A stretch of DNA of 64,000 nt from Selaginella moellendorffii. Its lineage: Eukaryota; Plantae; Lycopodiophyta. The stretch is from NCBI RefSeq assembly GCF_000143415.4, contig NW_003314265.1, positions 3,117,181 to 3,181,180 on the forward strand, in the 5' to 3' direction. Below are positions 11,777 to 22,082 of the stretch, one piece after another; the first letter of the stretch is position 1, and each line of letters begins with the position of its first letter. The position numbers and the translations under genes are program-made. The notes below the pieces were generated by a model. It saw nothing but the letters and a program-made list of their open reading frames with translations. It did not search any database and was not told where the DNA came from.

Positions 11777-14700
11777 ATGAGTGACGAGGCGCTGAAAGCC
11801 GATGTCGCCTCGTTCGCTGCGAATTTGGGGCTCGCGTCGTCGCAGGTAGGCTTCAATGATGCGGATTTCCGGAAGAAGGGGCCTCTGAAGCGCGGCACCG
11901 CCAGAAATCCCGACAAGGCCGAGAAATCCCAGAGGATCCCCAGGAAGAAGAAGGAAACCGGAGGTAACAGTAGAAGAGATGGTAGAAATGCGGGCTCTCA
12001 AGCTAGGAAATGGCCTCCACCGAAGCCAAGGGCCGAGGATTGGAAGAACGAGGCGAAGAAAGTAAATGTGAGCGTAGCCAAGGTCAGGTTTGGGAAGGAT
12101 GTCGTTCACTCGCTTTCGCGCTGGGCTGGAAGTGGCGAGAAATGGTACGAGACTGCCGCGGGGATTTCGTCGGCTATCCAGTTCGTGGAACCGGAGAAAG
12201 AGGTGGCTGATGGTTTTGTCCAGCTGAAACGCAAGGAGGCCGAGGCATTGCTCCAGCTGGTTGCGGTGGAGTTCGAGAGATCAAGGCGGAACAGCAGTGA
12301 CATGAGGATGATCCAATCGGCTCGCAGGTCGGGGACTTCTGGAGACAAAGTTGCTGCCATGACTATCTTGATCCAGGAAAATCCTGTGGCAAATCTTCAG
12401 ACGCTGGACTCGCTTCTCGGTAAGTATTGGTGCGAGTGTGTGTCTTGGGTTTGTGGTAACGCTTCATTTTCAGCAATGGTTACCTCGAAGGGAGGCAAAC
12501 GACACGCCTTGTCCGGGCTAGACGTCTTGAAAGAATTGTTTATCATGAGGTAGGCTTCCAAGTTTGATTGTTTTCCTCTTGAGATTTTAACTTAACCAGG
12601 CGTCAGCTTGTTGCCAGATCGGAAACTGACATATTTTGCTCGGCAACCGCTCGCGACTTTGCCTGAAACCAAAGAAGGTGCAATTCTCCTTTTGTGGTGG
12701 TTTTGGGAGGATTGCATTAAAGAGAGGTCTTCTGTGATTTTTCATCTGTTGCCCTGCTTGCTCACTGACTGATTGTTTTATCCAGGTACGAGAAGTTCGT
12801 GAATGCTGTTATAGAGGGAACCAAAGATGCGCTTGTCTACCTTAAGCTGAAAACAGTGAAGGTACTCGTTCGGTGAAATTCTACATTTTCCCGCTTAAGA
12901 ATAGTTTCCATAGACTCTGTACGAACTCTTGAAGGCGAAACCGGAACAAGAAAAGAAGCTGCTCTCAGCTGTCGTTAACAAGGTATTACTTACAGTTATT
13001 TCAGCTGCATTGTTTACGCTCGTTACGGGCAGCTTGGTGATCCTGAGAGAAAGGCTGCCTCCAATGCTGGTTATTTTCTGTCGTGCCTTTTGAAAGAACA
13101 TCCCAATATGACGGTAACTGATACCTCAGATTCATTTGAGCTAGTGGCTCATATTTTTGTTGCAGAAAGTAGTGTTGAACGAAGTGGAGGCATTTATGTT
13201 TCGGCCAAATCTTGGAATGCGCGCAATTTACTATGCGGTAATTTCTTGTTTGCTCATTTCGTTTTCAAATTGCAAAATGTTACTAATCTGTTCCATTTCC
13301 TAGTCCGTGTTCATGAACCAATTACGACTAAGCTATAAAGGCGAAGGCCCAAATCTTGCGAAACAACTGATCGACATTTATTTTGTAATGTTTAAGGTAT
13401 GCTTGGCTGTCTGTTTCTTCTTGAAAGGATCAATTTTGAATGCTTAGACCATCACCAGTCGTGGAATGAAGAAAGATACAAATCCGCAAAAGAAACCACG
13501 AAAGCAGTCTGAGGGCGCTACAAATGAAGATAATTCCAACAGCGAAGCTTCAGCTCTCGATTCGCGATTAATATCGTCGCTTTTGACAGTAAGTCTTGCT
13601 CACGGCATCCTTGTACCTTTTTTACTGTGTTCTGTAGGGAGTAAACAAGGCTTTTCGATTCGTAACCGAGGACAGCGCTGAAAACATTATTGAGGAACAC
13701 ACGCCGTCCTTGTTCCTTCTGGTAAGGATTTTCTTGTCGATCTAAATGGCGATCTAAATGGCGCCTTTTGTTTAGGCACACTCTACAAATTTTAACGTCG
13801 CAGTGCAAGCTCTTCTCCTTTTGCATCAGATTCTCGCTAAGCATCAAACCGTCAGCGAACGTTTCTACCGTGCTCTTTATTCTGTTATGCTTTCGCCTGC
13901 GCTTCTAAAATCTTCTAAGGTGAGATTCCTCGAGGAACTGTTGCTAGAGATGTTTTAATATGTGGCGTTTCAGATTGAGATGTATCTTGCTCTAGTTTTT
14001 AAGGTTCTGAGGTCCGACGTAAGCACGAGTCGGACTTGTGGATTTATAAAGCGTCTCATGCAGGTATCTTCAAGATAGTTTTTTTGTGGCGTTTTCAGGG
14101 TCTATTTCAGGTAGCTGTACACCAATCGCCCGAGCTAGGATGCGCTTTTCTGGTGCTTTTGTCAGAGGTGTTGAAGGCCAAACACATTCTATGGTGGGCG
14201 ATGCTCATTTTGTTTCAAAGACTTTCATGTTTTTAATGCTTTGTAATGTTTACAGGAACTTTATCTTAGAACCTGCAAGCCAAGGCGATGACGTCGAACA
14301 CTTCAAGGACGTGGAACTACCGGAGAACCAAGATGTGTCTGCGTTGCTGCCAGATGCTGCTAGCAAAGAGCCTTTGCGTGACGATAGCGATTCAGAGATC
14401 GATGTAGACGTTGAAATGGCAGCGGCGCTTGGAGAAGACGGTGACAGCGAGACTGAATTCAACAGAAAAGAAACTGGGAAGAAAATGCAGGCCATGCCTA
14501 CAGCTAAAGCTAGTCCGCTGCTGGCCGAAGCTGCGAAAAATACTCGTAACTCGAAAGGTTATGATCCTCGACATCGTGATCCACTCCACTGGTAAGTGTG
14601 GGTTTCTTAAAAAAAAATATATCTCACATCATGATCTGTGCAGTAAAGCCGATCAGACTTGTTGGTGGGAGCTTGCCATCCTCGCATCACACATTCATCC

Positions 14701-15567
14701 ATCCGTTTCAACAATGGCCAAAACGATTCTCTCAAATGCCGCGGTTGTTTACTCCGGTGACCCAATTCAGGACCTTGCCTTCACCGCTTTTCTGGATCGT
14801 TTCGCTGAAAGGAAGCCGAAAGCTCGCAAGATCGGGATTGACAGTACCAAAAAGGTGACCAAATTTTTTTCTACTTCTTTTCACTCATGAAGCTTTGATT
14901 CCAGGAGGCTGTTTCAAATGCGCCCATGGGCATGAAGTTGGCGTCCTTGGCGGAAGACGACGTTGCTCCATCGGATCTGATCTTCCACAGGTTTTACCGC
15001 GCAAAGGCCGAGGCTATGGGCAAACGCGTGAAGAAGAAAAAGAAAGCGCTCGAGGACTTTGATGACGACATGGTTGGAAGTGACGAAGAACTTAGCAGCG
15101 ATGATGAAGAAGGCGGTGATGAAGATGAAGAAGGTGGTGATGCTGGTTTGGTAGACGACGAAGGCGATTCGGAAGAGGAAGAAATCGATAGACTGCTCGA
15201 TGAAAATGACTCGGAGGGTGCAGAGTTTGATCTGCAGGACGACGACGATGATTCATCCGACGACGACGAGAAGCTACCCGAGGTTCTGGTTGTAGACAAG
15301 AAAAACAGTAAGAAGAAGAAGAAGAAGAAGAGCGCAAAGAACGTACCCGACGATGAAGATGAGAGCTCCGATGATGACGAGTTCGATGAGATCTTCCTGG
15401 AGGATACGAAGGACAAGACGAAGAACAAGAACAGAAGGGGCGCGAAGAACAGGACACAAGATGGATCAACGGGGTCAAAGAGAAAATCTCTATATGCAAG
15501 TGCCGAGGATTACACTCACATCTTGGAAGGAGAAGGAAGCATGAACAAAAAGAAAAGCAAACACTAG
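11777..15567 (+). CDS. NOC1/MAK21/CEBPZ (CBF domain) ribosome biogenesis protein, many short introns
   Basis: Motifs DVASFAANLGL, SGTSGDKVAAM, KPEQEKKLL, GYDPRHRDP, WWELAILASHIHPSVSTMA, YSGDPIQDLAFTAFLDRF, DLIFHRFY; acidic tail; SLYASAEDY near the C-terminus. Confidence 0.92.
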
Positions 15568-15630
15568 ACATTGAGAATGAAAGCTTCCTTTTTCTCTCTC
15601 CCGTGTACCTGGTTGTGGAGGAGGGAGCTT

Positions 15631-16803
15631 CTAGTACGGGATGTAACGTACTTCCTGCTCCAACTGGATGCCACTCTCGGCTCTCACGCGGTCCTTGATC
15701 ACCGAGATGAGGGACAAGACGTCGCTGGCTTTGGCGCCGCCCGTGTTGATCAAGAAGTTGGCGTGAAGCTCGGACACCTTTGCTCCTCCAATCCTCAGCC
15801 CTTTGAGCCCCACGGCCTCTATCAAGGCTCCCGCTGATTGGCACCCCTTGCCTGGATTTCGAAACACACACCCTGCGCTTCGCTCGTTCACTGGCTGGGT
15901 TTGCTTTCTCCTGCCGGAAGGTCGTGATGTTAGATGGAAGTGATGGGAGAAGGCTGAGCTCTCACCTGGCGAGATAGTCTCTTTGCCTGTCGCGAGAGAG
16001 AGGGCACGGCTGGAGCTGGAAGGTGGCGAAGAGAATGGCTCCAAGGTCTGGCATTCCCTGGAATGGAGACTTCCGGTAGCTGCAGGCAAGCTCTCCTTGT
16101 TTCTTCAGCAGCTCGCGTGTTTGTCCGTTCGTGTCGACGAACTCCACCGCCTCGAGAACTTCTATTGTTTCCTAGGCGCAACAAGTTGATGCTCGGGTTT
16201 TACTTACTTGAAAACATGGAAGGATCAAAGACATACCTGGCCATCAGCTCCAGCATTCATAAACACTGCCCCGCCTACAGTCCCAGGAATGCCAGACGCA
16301 AACTCGAGCCCCCCGAAACCCTGCTTTGACGTGTGAATGCCCAGGAGATTGAAAGGATAGCCACTGCCAACTCGGTAGCGTCCACAGCCATTCTCGTGCA
16401 TGTCGTTGATCCGACTGAGGATTACACAGCCGTCGAATCCGCGATCGTCGAAGAGGCAATTGGATCCTTTTCCCAGAGCCAGGAACTTGAGGTTGTGCTC
16501 GCGGCAGTGCCTGTGAAGGAAATGCTAAACTACGACAGAGACAGTGAAAAAAAAAACAACATACCTTATAGAAGAAACGAGCTGCTCTCTGTTTCGGACT
16601 TCTACAAAGAGCCGCGCAGCTCCGCCAATGCCCCAAGTCGATAGTTCACTAAGAAGCTTGCCTCTCACAAACTCAGGAGCCTGATCCTCGGAGCCAAAAC
16701 TCGGTGAACAAGATGAGCAGAGTGATCCCACCTTTTTCCTTGTCTTGTCACCAGCACCCAGAAATGTAGGAGGCGGAGCCGACTGCCTAGCATTCACTGC
16801 CAT
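15631..16803 (-). CDS. murB: UDP-N-acetylenolpyruvoylglucosamine reductase (plastid peptidoglycan pathway), 4 exons
   Basis: STWGIGGAA, LGKGSNCLFDDRGFDGCVI, GLEFASGIPGTVGGAVFMNAGA, YRKSPF, SAGCVFRNP, GGAKVSELHANFLIN and LEQEV form the MurB motif set, interrupted by spliceosomal introns. Confidence 0.93.
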
Positions 16804-16869
16804 TGCCAAAACCCTATAGCAACTCCCTCTAACTCTACCATACTGTACAAGCGCCTCCCATCTGTTTCC

Positions 16870-18274
16870 TCAAGCCATAACTCCGTCCTCAGTGCCATGT
16901 ACTCGCAACCGATACAAGCAAGTGTGCGTCGGACTGCCGTAGTTTGAGAGGACGTGCAACCGGATCATGTTGACTGAGGATGTCGGCTTGTCGGAAAGAT
17001 CGAATGTCTGGATGCTTCCTTTGTCGAGATCATACGTGAACCTCCCAAGAGAAGTAACGTTCCTGGCATCGAGAACGTCGTCTTTCACAGTACGCCAAGC
17101 AAAGATCTCGAAATCTCTGGGTGCACTTCTTGGGTCATAGGCTACTTTCTGAGAAAGCCAGCTGTTAGACCGAGAAACACAAAGAGAAAATCAACTTTTG
17201 CGTTACCTTAGACAAGTGCTCCAATGTCACCGCTTCTGGAAAAATGTGAGCCCGCAGCCTGATCTCCACTGTCACATTGCTGCCTTTGAGAGGCAGACAC
17301 TGCCCGGGCTCTCCAAAGCTGGGCCGGAGAAGCCTATCAGCCATCGGGTGCCTCCGAAAAACACCCGGGAGGACATGAATCCCCAGCCTGGTCCAGTGCA
17401 GCCCCTGGAAGTAGCCGTCCGAGTGATGAACCACCTTTCCTCCACCACTTTCCAGAGCAAAATCCACCCTCCCGATCCCATCCGCGGCATGCGTCTCCAG
17501 TTCACTCTGCACCACCTTTCTCGCGGCTGCGCGCACGTCGTCCAGGCTAATGGCCTTGTCACTCCCTTCTCGAGCGCGCTGGTCCATGGCCGACTTGACG
17601 AGCTCCAAAGTCTCCTCCCTGGACAAGAGCTCCTGGCTGTAGAGCATCTTGAGCGAGTTGTCCACCTTTTGGACCTGAGCCTTGATGCTTCCAATGTCCT
17701 TCTCGAAGCCCCGGGTCCTCTCCGACAGCTTCTCCTCCAGCTCCGATCGAACGCCCGACACTTCCTTGCCGATCTTGTCGTCCACCACATCCAGCTGCAC
17801 TTGCAACCACTTGCTCGTCTTCCTCATGAAATCCTCCACCTCCGAGACCTTCGCTGCCGTGGGCGTCTCTGGGAGAAGCTGCCCTTGATCGCTCTCGCGG
17901 AGGCTCAACAGCGTGGTGCTTATCCCCGCAGCCGCGAAGAGGAGGAGAAACACCTTGGCGGCGGAGAAAAACTCCCAGCTCTTGCGGATCTCCTGGCAAG
18001 AATCCTGGAACTCTACCTGAAGGTTCTTCTTAGCGGCAGGAGCCGCCGCGTCGGCAGCGGCATTCTTCTCCTTGAGCGCCTTCGCCCTGGACGCGGCCAC
18101 AGTCCTGGTCGGGAGCGCCTCCTTGGTAGCAAAATTGAATGAAGGAAGAGGAAGATTGGTAGCGGCAGCAACAGCAGCACGCTGGGCCTCGATCGCCGCC
18201 GCCGCCTCCGTGTCCGCCGCGGCAGCTGGCTTGGTCCGCCGCCTGCTCTGCCTCGCGGCGCCAGCGCCAGCCAT
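16870..18274 (-). CDS. C-terminal SUN-domain nuclear envelope protein (SUN1/2-like), one coding intron
   Basis: TM segment and coiled coil, then HAADGIGRVDFALESGGGKVV, PSFGEPGQCLPLKG, AVTLEHLSK/KVAYDPRSAPRD, SNYGSPTHTCLYRLRVHG. Confidence 0.92.
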
Positions 18275-18462
18275 AATCACTCCTTTCCAGGCCAGAACCG
18301 ATCAAGAAACGCACTCACCGCTGGGCGCCCTGGACGATACTTCCTCCTCGCTCTCTTAAAGAACCCTATGTTTCGTTTTCCCACCAAATCCCGGCCAATT
18401 CAAATAACAAAATAGAAACCGGCGTTTCATATCCACCCGAAGCATATTCCCTGGCTCTCTCC

Positions 18463-19698
18463 TTACATCCGCCGCTCTAGTTCCGTACTGGCCACATTGT
18501 ATGGCCACTGGTGGTGGAGCTGGTCGATCATGGACGCCGGCGCCATCGCCGGCCGCCCCCCACCGTCGATCGCGCCACGCCTTTCCAGCATCAGACGGCT
18601 GGTGTGCTGGTGCCACATGCGCATGAATCTCCGCCACCTCAGCATCTCCGCCAGCGCCACGTCGGTGCCAGGCTGGCGCAGCCGGACCGAGTCGGCCCGG
18701 CGGGCGCGCGGCCGGGCCGGGATGTGCTGCGCGAATATGTTGGCAGATGGGCAGGATCGCTCCACGCTGGCGCCGCCGTCGCCGCCGCGGCCGTAGATGG
18801 GTATGACGTCAGCGTCCGAGACGGCGCCCTTGCAGACCGGGCACTCGTCGTTGTGGGAGTGGACGTGGAGCCACTGGTAGAGGCAGGGCCAGCAAAAGAG
18901 GTGGCCGCAGCTCGTCACCACCGGCTCGCTCGCCACATCGAAGCAAACGTTGCAATCGAAGAAGAACTCCTTCCCGGATCCGGATCGCTGCTGCTGTTGC
19001 TCTTGATCGTCGCAGAGTAGCTTGGCCTGGCTTTGATCTTCATCCTGCTGCTGCTGCTGGTGCTGCTGGGGATTCAAATCCAGCGAAGAAGCTGACGCGC
19101 TGTTCTTCTTCCTCGGGAGATATTGAGACTTTGAGGACGATGACTGTGGAGCTTCAGTGGCAGCCACCGCCGCCACTGCTGCTGCCGGTGTCGCTCTGCC
19201 GCTTGAATTCAATCTGGTGGTCGTAGCAGCGCTGCTGCTCCTGGCGCCCCACCAATCGTGCTCGTGATCTCGATCGCCATCTTCTTGAGGGTGCTGCTCT
19301 TCTCCCTCGAGCAATGCCGCTTCCAGCTCGTCGTCTTCCTCGCGGAGAAAGTGATCGTGGAGGAGCGGCGAGAGATCCAGGTCGAGCTCCTGCCCAGAGT
19401 CAACGTCGGAGAAATCCATCCCCCAGAAGGGCGAGTGGTGTTCGTGGTGGTAGTCGTGGTAGTGGTACGGGTTGCTAAAGTCGATCTCCCCTGGCGATGG
19501 CGGGCTGGGGCTGGGCGGATACTCGAGGAAGAACCTCGTCCAGATCGGCTGTGGCGTCGGCAGAGGCTGGAAGTTAAACATGCCGTGGCCCATGAGCTCC
19601 GATCGCGATGGCTGCCACAGTGGATATGGCGGCGTCGCGGCCGGATGCACGGCTGCTGGGGGCGGCGCTAGGTGGAGATTGAGATCCAGCGAGTCCAT
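18463..19698 (-). CDS. C3HC4 RING E3 ubiquitin ligase, RMA1/RNF5-like
   Basis: [32 protein letters not shown]...ECPVCKG...IPIYGRG...IPARPRA. A probable 5' leader intron (gtaag..ttgcag, about 19803-19753) makes ATG 19698 the likely start. Confidence 0.88.
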   Translation of the reverse strand: MDSLDLNLHLAPPPAAVHPAATPPYPLWQPSRSELMGHGMFNFQPLPTPQPIWTRFFLEYPPSPSPPSPGEIDFSNPYHYHDYHHEHHSPFWGMDFSDVDSGQELDLDLSPLLHDHFLREEDDELEAALLEGEEQHPQEDGDRDHEHDWWGARSSSAATTTRLNSSGRATPAAAVAAVAATEAPQSSSSKSQYLPRKKNSASASSLDLNPQQHQQQQQDEDQSQAKLLCDDQEQQQQRSGSGKEFFFDCNVCFDVASEPVVTSCGHLFCWPCLYQWLHVHSHNDECPVCKGAVSDADVIPIYGRGGDGGASVERSCPSANIFAQHIPARPRARRADSVRLRQPGTDVALAEMLRWRRFMRMWHQHTSRLMLERRGAIDGGGRPAMAPASMIDQLHHQWPYNVASTELERRM

Positions 19699-19864
19699 GG
19701 CGGCGAAATGCGGCAATCCATCGCGTCCTCGGTAGTAGTGTGGGTGATGATCCTGCAAGAAGATCGGATTGGAGCTACTGGATAGGAAATTTACGGAGCT
19801 TACCATCAAGAAATCTTGGCGCTTCGCTTACGAGAACCCTAGTGTCGCGCTTGCGAGAGATTCT

Positions 19865-20059
19865 TTACCAGAATGGAGGCCGACTGCCGCCGCCGCCGCT
19901 CAATCTTCCAAACAGGAGCTTTGCCGAGAGGAATGCCGCGCCTGCGTAGAGCCCCCAAACGAAGAGCGAGAATGTGAGCTTGGCGGTCACGTACACGGCG
20001 CCCGCGGCGATCCCCGACGCGACCGTCGCGACGAGCTTGTTCCACAGTAGCAGGCCCAT
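19865..20059 (-). CDS. Putative 64-aa protein with two hydrophobic helices
   Basis: ATG-initiated ORF MGLLLWNKLVATVASGIAAGAVYVTAKLTFSLFVWGLYAGAAFLSAKLLFGR..., preceded by a TAGGGTTC leader motif at 20128-20121. No family recognised. Confidence 0.45.
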   Translation of the reverse strand: MGLLLWNKLVATVASGIAAGAVYVTAKLTFSLFVWGLYAGAAFLSAKLLFGRLSGGGGSRPPFW

Positions 20060-20258
20060 TCTGGCCGCAAAATCCCCCAGGCCTCGATCATCTCCCGCTC
20101 CTCTCAGGAAGAAGAACTAAGAACCCTAATTCATCGCTCGCGCAAGAGCTGCCCCAAAGCGCTCGTGTCCCTTCGTGGCGTGTCCAACAACGGCCCCGAT
20201 ATGTTTGAAACCGACGACTGTGATTGACCTAGGGTTCTTGCGATGCCCGGGCTCCGCG

Positions 20259-21998
20259 ATGGCGCTGCCAGACACTCTAATCTCCTGCAATGCGCTCCTC
20301 GCCCAGTCCGCGCAATCGGGCAACGCGCGCCTATCCAAGAAAATCTTCGATTCGATGCCGTATTGGAGCCTGCTGTCCTTCACCCCGTTGATCAACGCAC
20401 TCGCGCAGGACGGCCAGATCGATCTCGCCAAGGCGCTGTTCGATGGAATGCCGGAGAGGAATCTCATCATCTGGACATCCATGACCGCGGCATTTGCTCG
20501 GAATGGGCATCTGGATCAAGCGGAGGAGCTCTTTGCCACAGCTCCACTGCGCGATATGATCTATTTCTCCACGCTGATAGAGGTGTACGGGCATCACGGC
20601 CAGATCTCTAGGGCGAAGCGCGTCTTCGACGAGATGCCCGAGAGGGATCTTATCGCGTGGTCGCTAATGCTGGCGGTATATACCCAAAATGGGCTTCTTG
20701 CTCTAGCGAGGGGTCTGTTTGAACAGATGCCCGCCAGGGACATGGTGGCGTGGACGTCCATGCTGGCGGGCTACTGCCACGACGACAACCTGGTAAGAGC
20801 AAAGTTAATCTTTGATCGGATGCCCCAGCGCAACCTGGTAGCGTGGACGCTCCTCATTGCTGCAAATGCCCACCATGGTGACTCCAACGTGGCAAAGCGG
20901 CTGTTTGATCAGATGCCGGAGCAAAACGTGGTGGCGTGGAACGCCCTGCTGGCGGCCAACGTGGCAGCCGACTGCGCCGACGAGGCCGAGAGGCTCTTCC
21001 GCGCGATGCCACATCACAGCCTCAGCTCGTTCAACGCCATGCTGGCGTGCCACGCACACAGCGGCTTGCCCAACGCGGCACTGCGGCTGTTCAACTCGAT
21101 GCCAGAGCACGATGTTATCTCGTACACGTCACTGCTGACGGCATATGCCAATGTTGGGCATTTGGATCAGGCGCAGAGAATATTCGACAGGATGGAGTGG
21201 CGGAGCTTGACGACGTGGAGTTCCATGTTGACCGCATATGCCACGTCCGGGCATCTGGAGGAGGCTGTCCAGTTATTTAATGAAATGCCGCAGACGATAC
21301 TGCCAGCTTGGAACACGATTCTGAGTGTGTATGCCAAGTGGCGCCAACTCGACCAGGCAACACAGACGTTCCATTCCATGCCGGAGAGGGACGCTACGAC
21401 GTGGGCGTTAATGCTGGGAGCAATTGCCCAGGCCGGGCATCTTGACGTGGCGGAGAAGCTGCTGAGTCGGATGCCACATCAACACCTAGTTGGCCGCTCC
21501 GTGCTCCTGGCAGCGTTTGCTCACAACAGGGAGCTTTACGAGTCGAAGCTACTCTTTGACGAGATCAAGCTGGCGGAGCAAAAGATCGACCATGTTTGCT
21601 TCCTTTCGATCCTGGCGGCTTGCACTCACCACGGCAAAGTTCGCGATGGAAGATCGTATTTCCTGTCCATGGTTGGAGACTTTGAATTGAGAGCCACCAA
21701 GCAGCATTACTGCTGCCTTCTCGATCTGCTGGGACGAGCTGGATACCTGACTGATGCCAGTGATTTGATCCAAAGCATGCCTTTTGAGGCCGACGTTGTG
21801 GACTGGAGCTGCTTCCTTGGAGCTTGCTCGAGTCACAACAGCGTGGAGTTTGGGAGGGAGGCCGCGGCTCTGGCACTGGAAAAGGATCCCAAGAACGTAG
21901 CGGCCTACATCCTCCTCTCGAACATTAACCAGCAGCAGCAGAGAACTCCTGTAGCTCCTGTTCCTGGATTACGCATCACTCCTCGACGCAAATCATGA
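20259..21998 (+). CDS. PPR protein rich in short (S/SS-type) repeats with E domain, no DYW domain
   Basis: ~31-aa periodic LFD.MP.R....W motifs; ends HYCCLLDLLGRAG...AAYILLSNI. First ATG at 20259. Confidence 0.92.
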   Translation: MALPDTLISCNALLAQSAQSGNARLSKKIFDSMPYWSLLSFTPLINALAQDGQIDLAKALFDGMPERNLIIWTSMTAAFARNGHLDQAEELFATAPLRDMIYFSTLIEVYGHHGQISRAKRVFDEMPERDLIAWSLMLAVYTQNGLLALARGLFEQMPARDMVAWTSMLAGYCHDDNLVRAKLIFDRMPQRNLVAWTLLIAANAHHGDSNVAKRLFDQMPEQNVVAWNALLAANVAADCADEAERLFRAMPHHSLSSFNAMLACHAHSGLPNAALRLFNSMPEHDVISYTSLLTAYANVGHLDQAQRIFDRMEWRSLTTWSSMLTAYATSGHLEEAVQLFNEMPQTILPAWNTILSVYAKWRQLDQATQTFHSMPERDATTWALMLGAIAQAGHLDVAEKLLSRMPHQHLVGRSVLLAAFAHNRELYESKLLFDEIKLAEQKIDHVCFLSILAACTHHGKVRDGRSYFLSMVGDFELRATKQHYCCLLDLLGRAGYLTDASDLIQSMPFEADVVDWSCFLGACSSHNSVEFGREAAALALEKDPKNVAAYILLSNINQQQQRTPVAPVPGLRITPRRKS

Positions 21999-22082
21999 CA
22001 TCCCTCGCTTGGAAGCAAAGCTCGAGCTGGTTTTTTCTTGAGAAAAGCTCTCGAGAAACCTCAGTTGTGGAAGAGGAGGTTC

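Noticed and set aside
15631-16803. murB as bacterial contamination or recent HGT
   Set aside because: It has spliceosomal introns and an N-terminal extension, and sits among plant genes.
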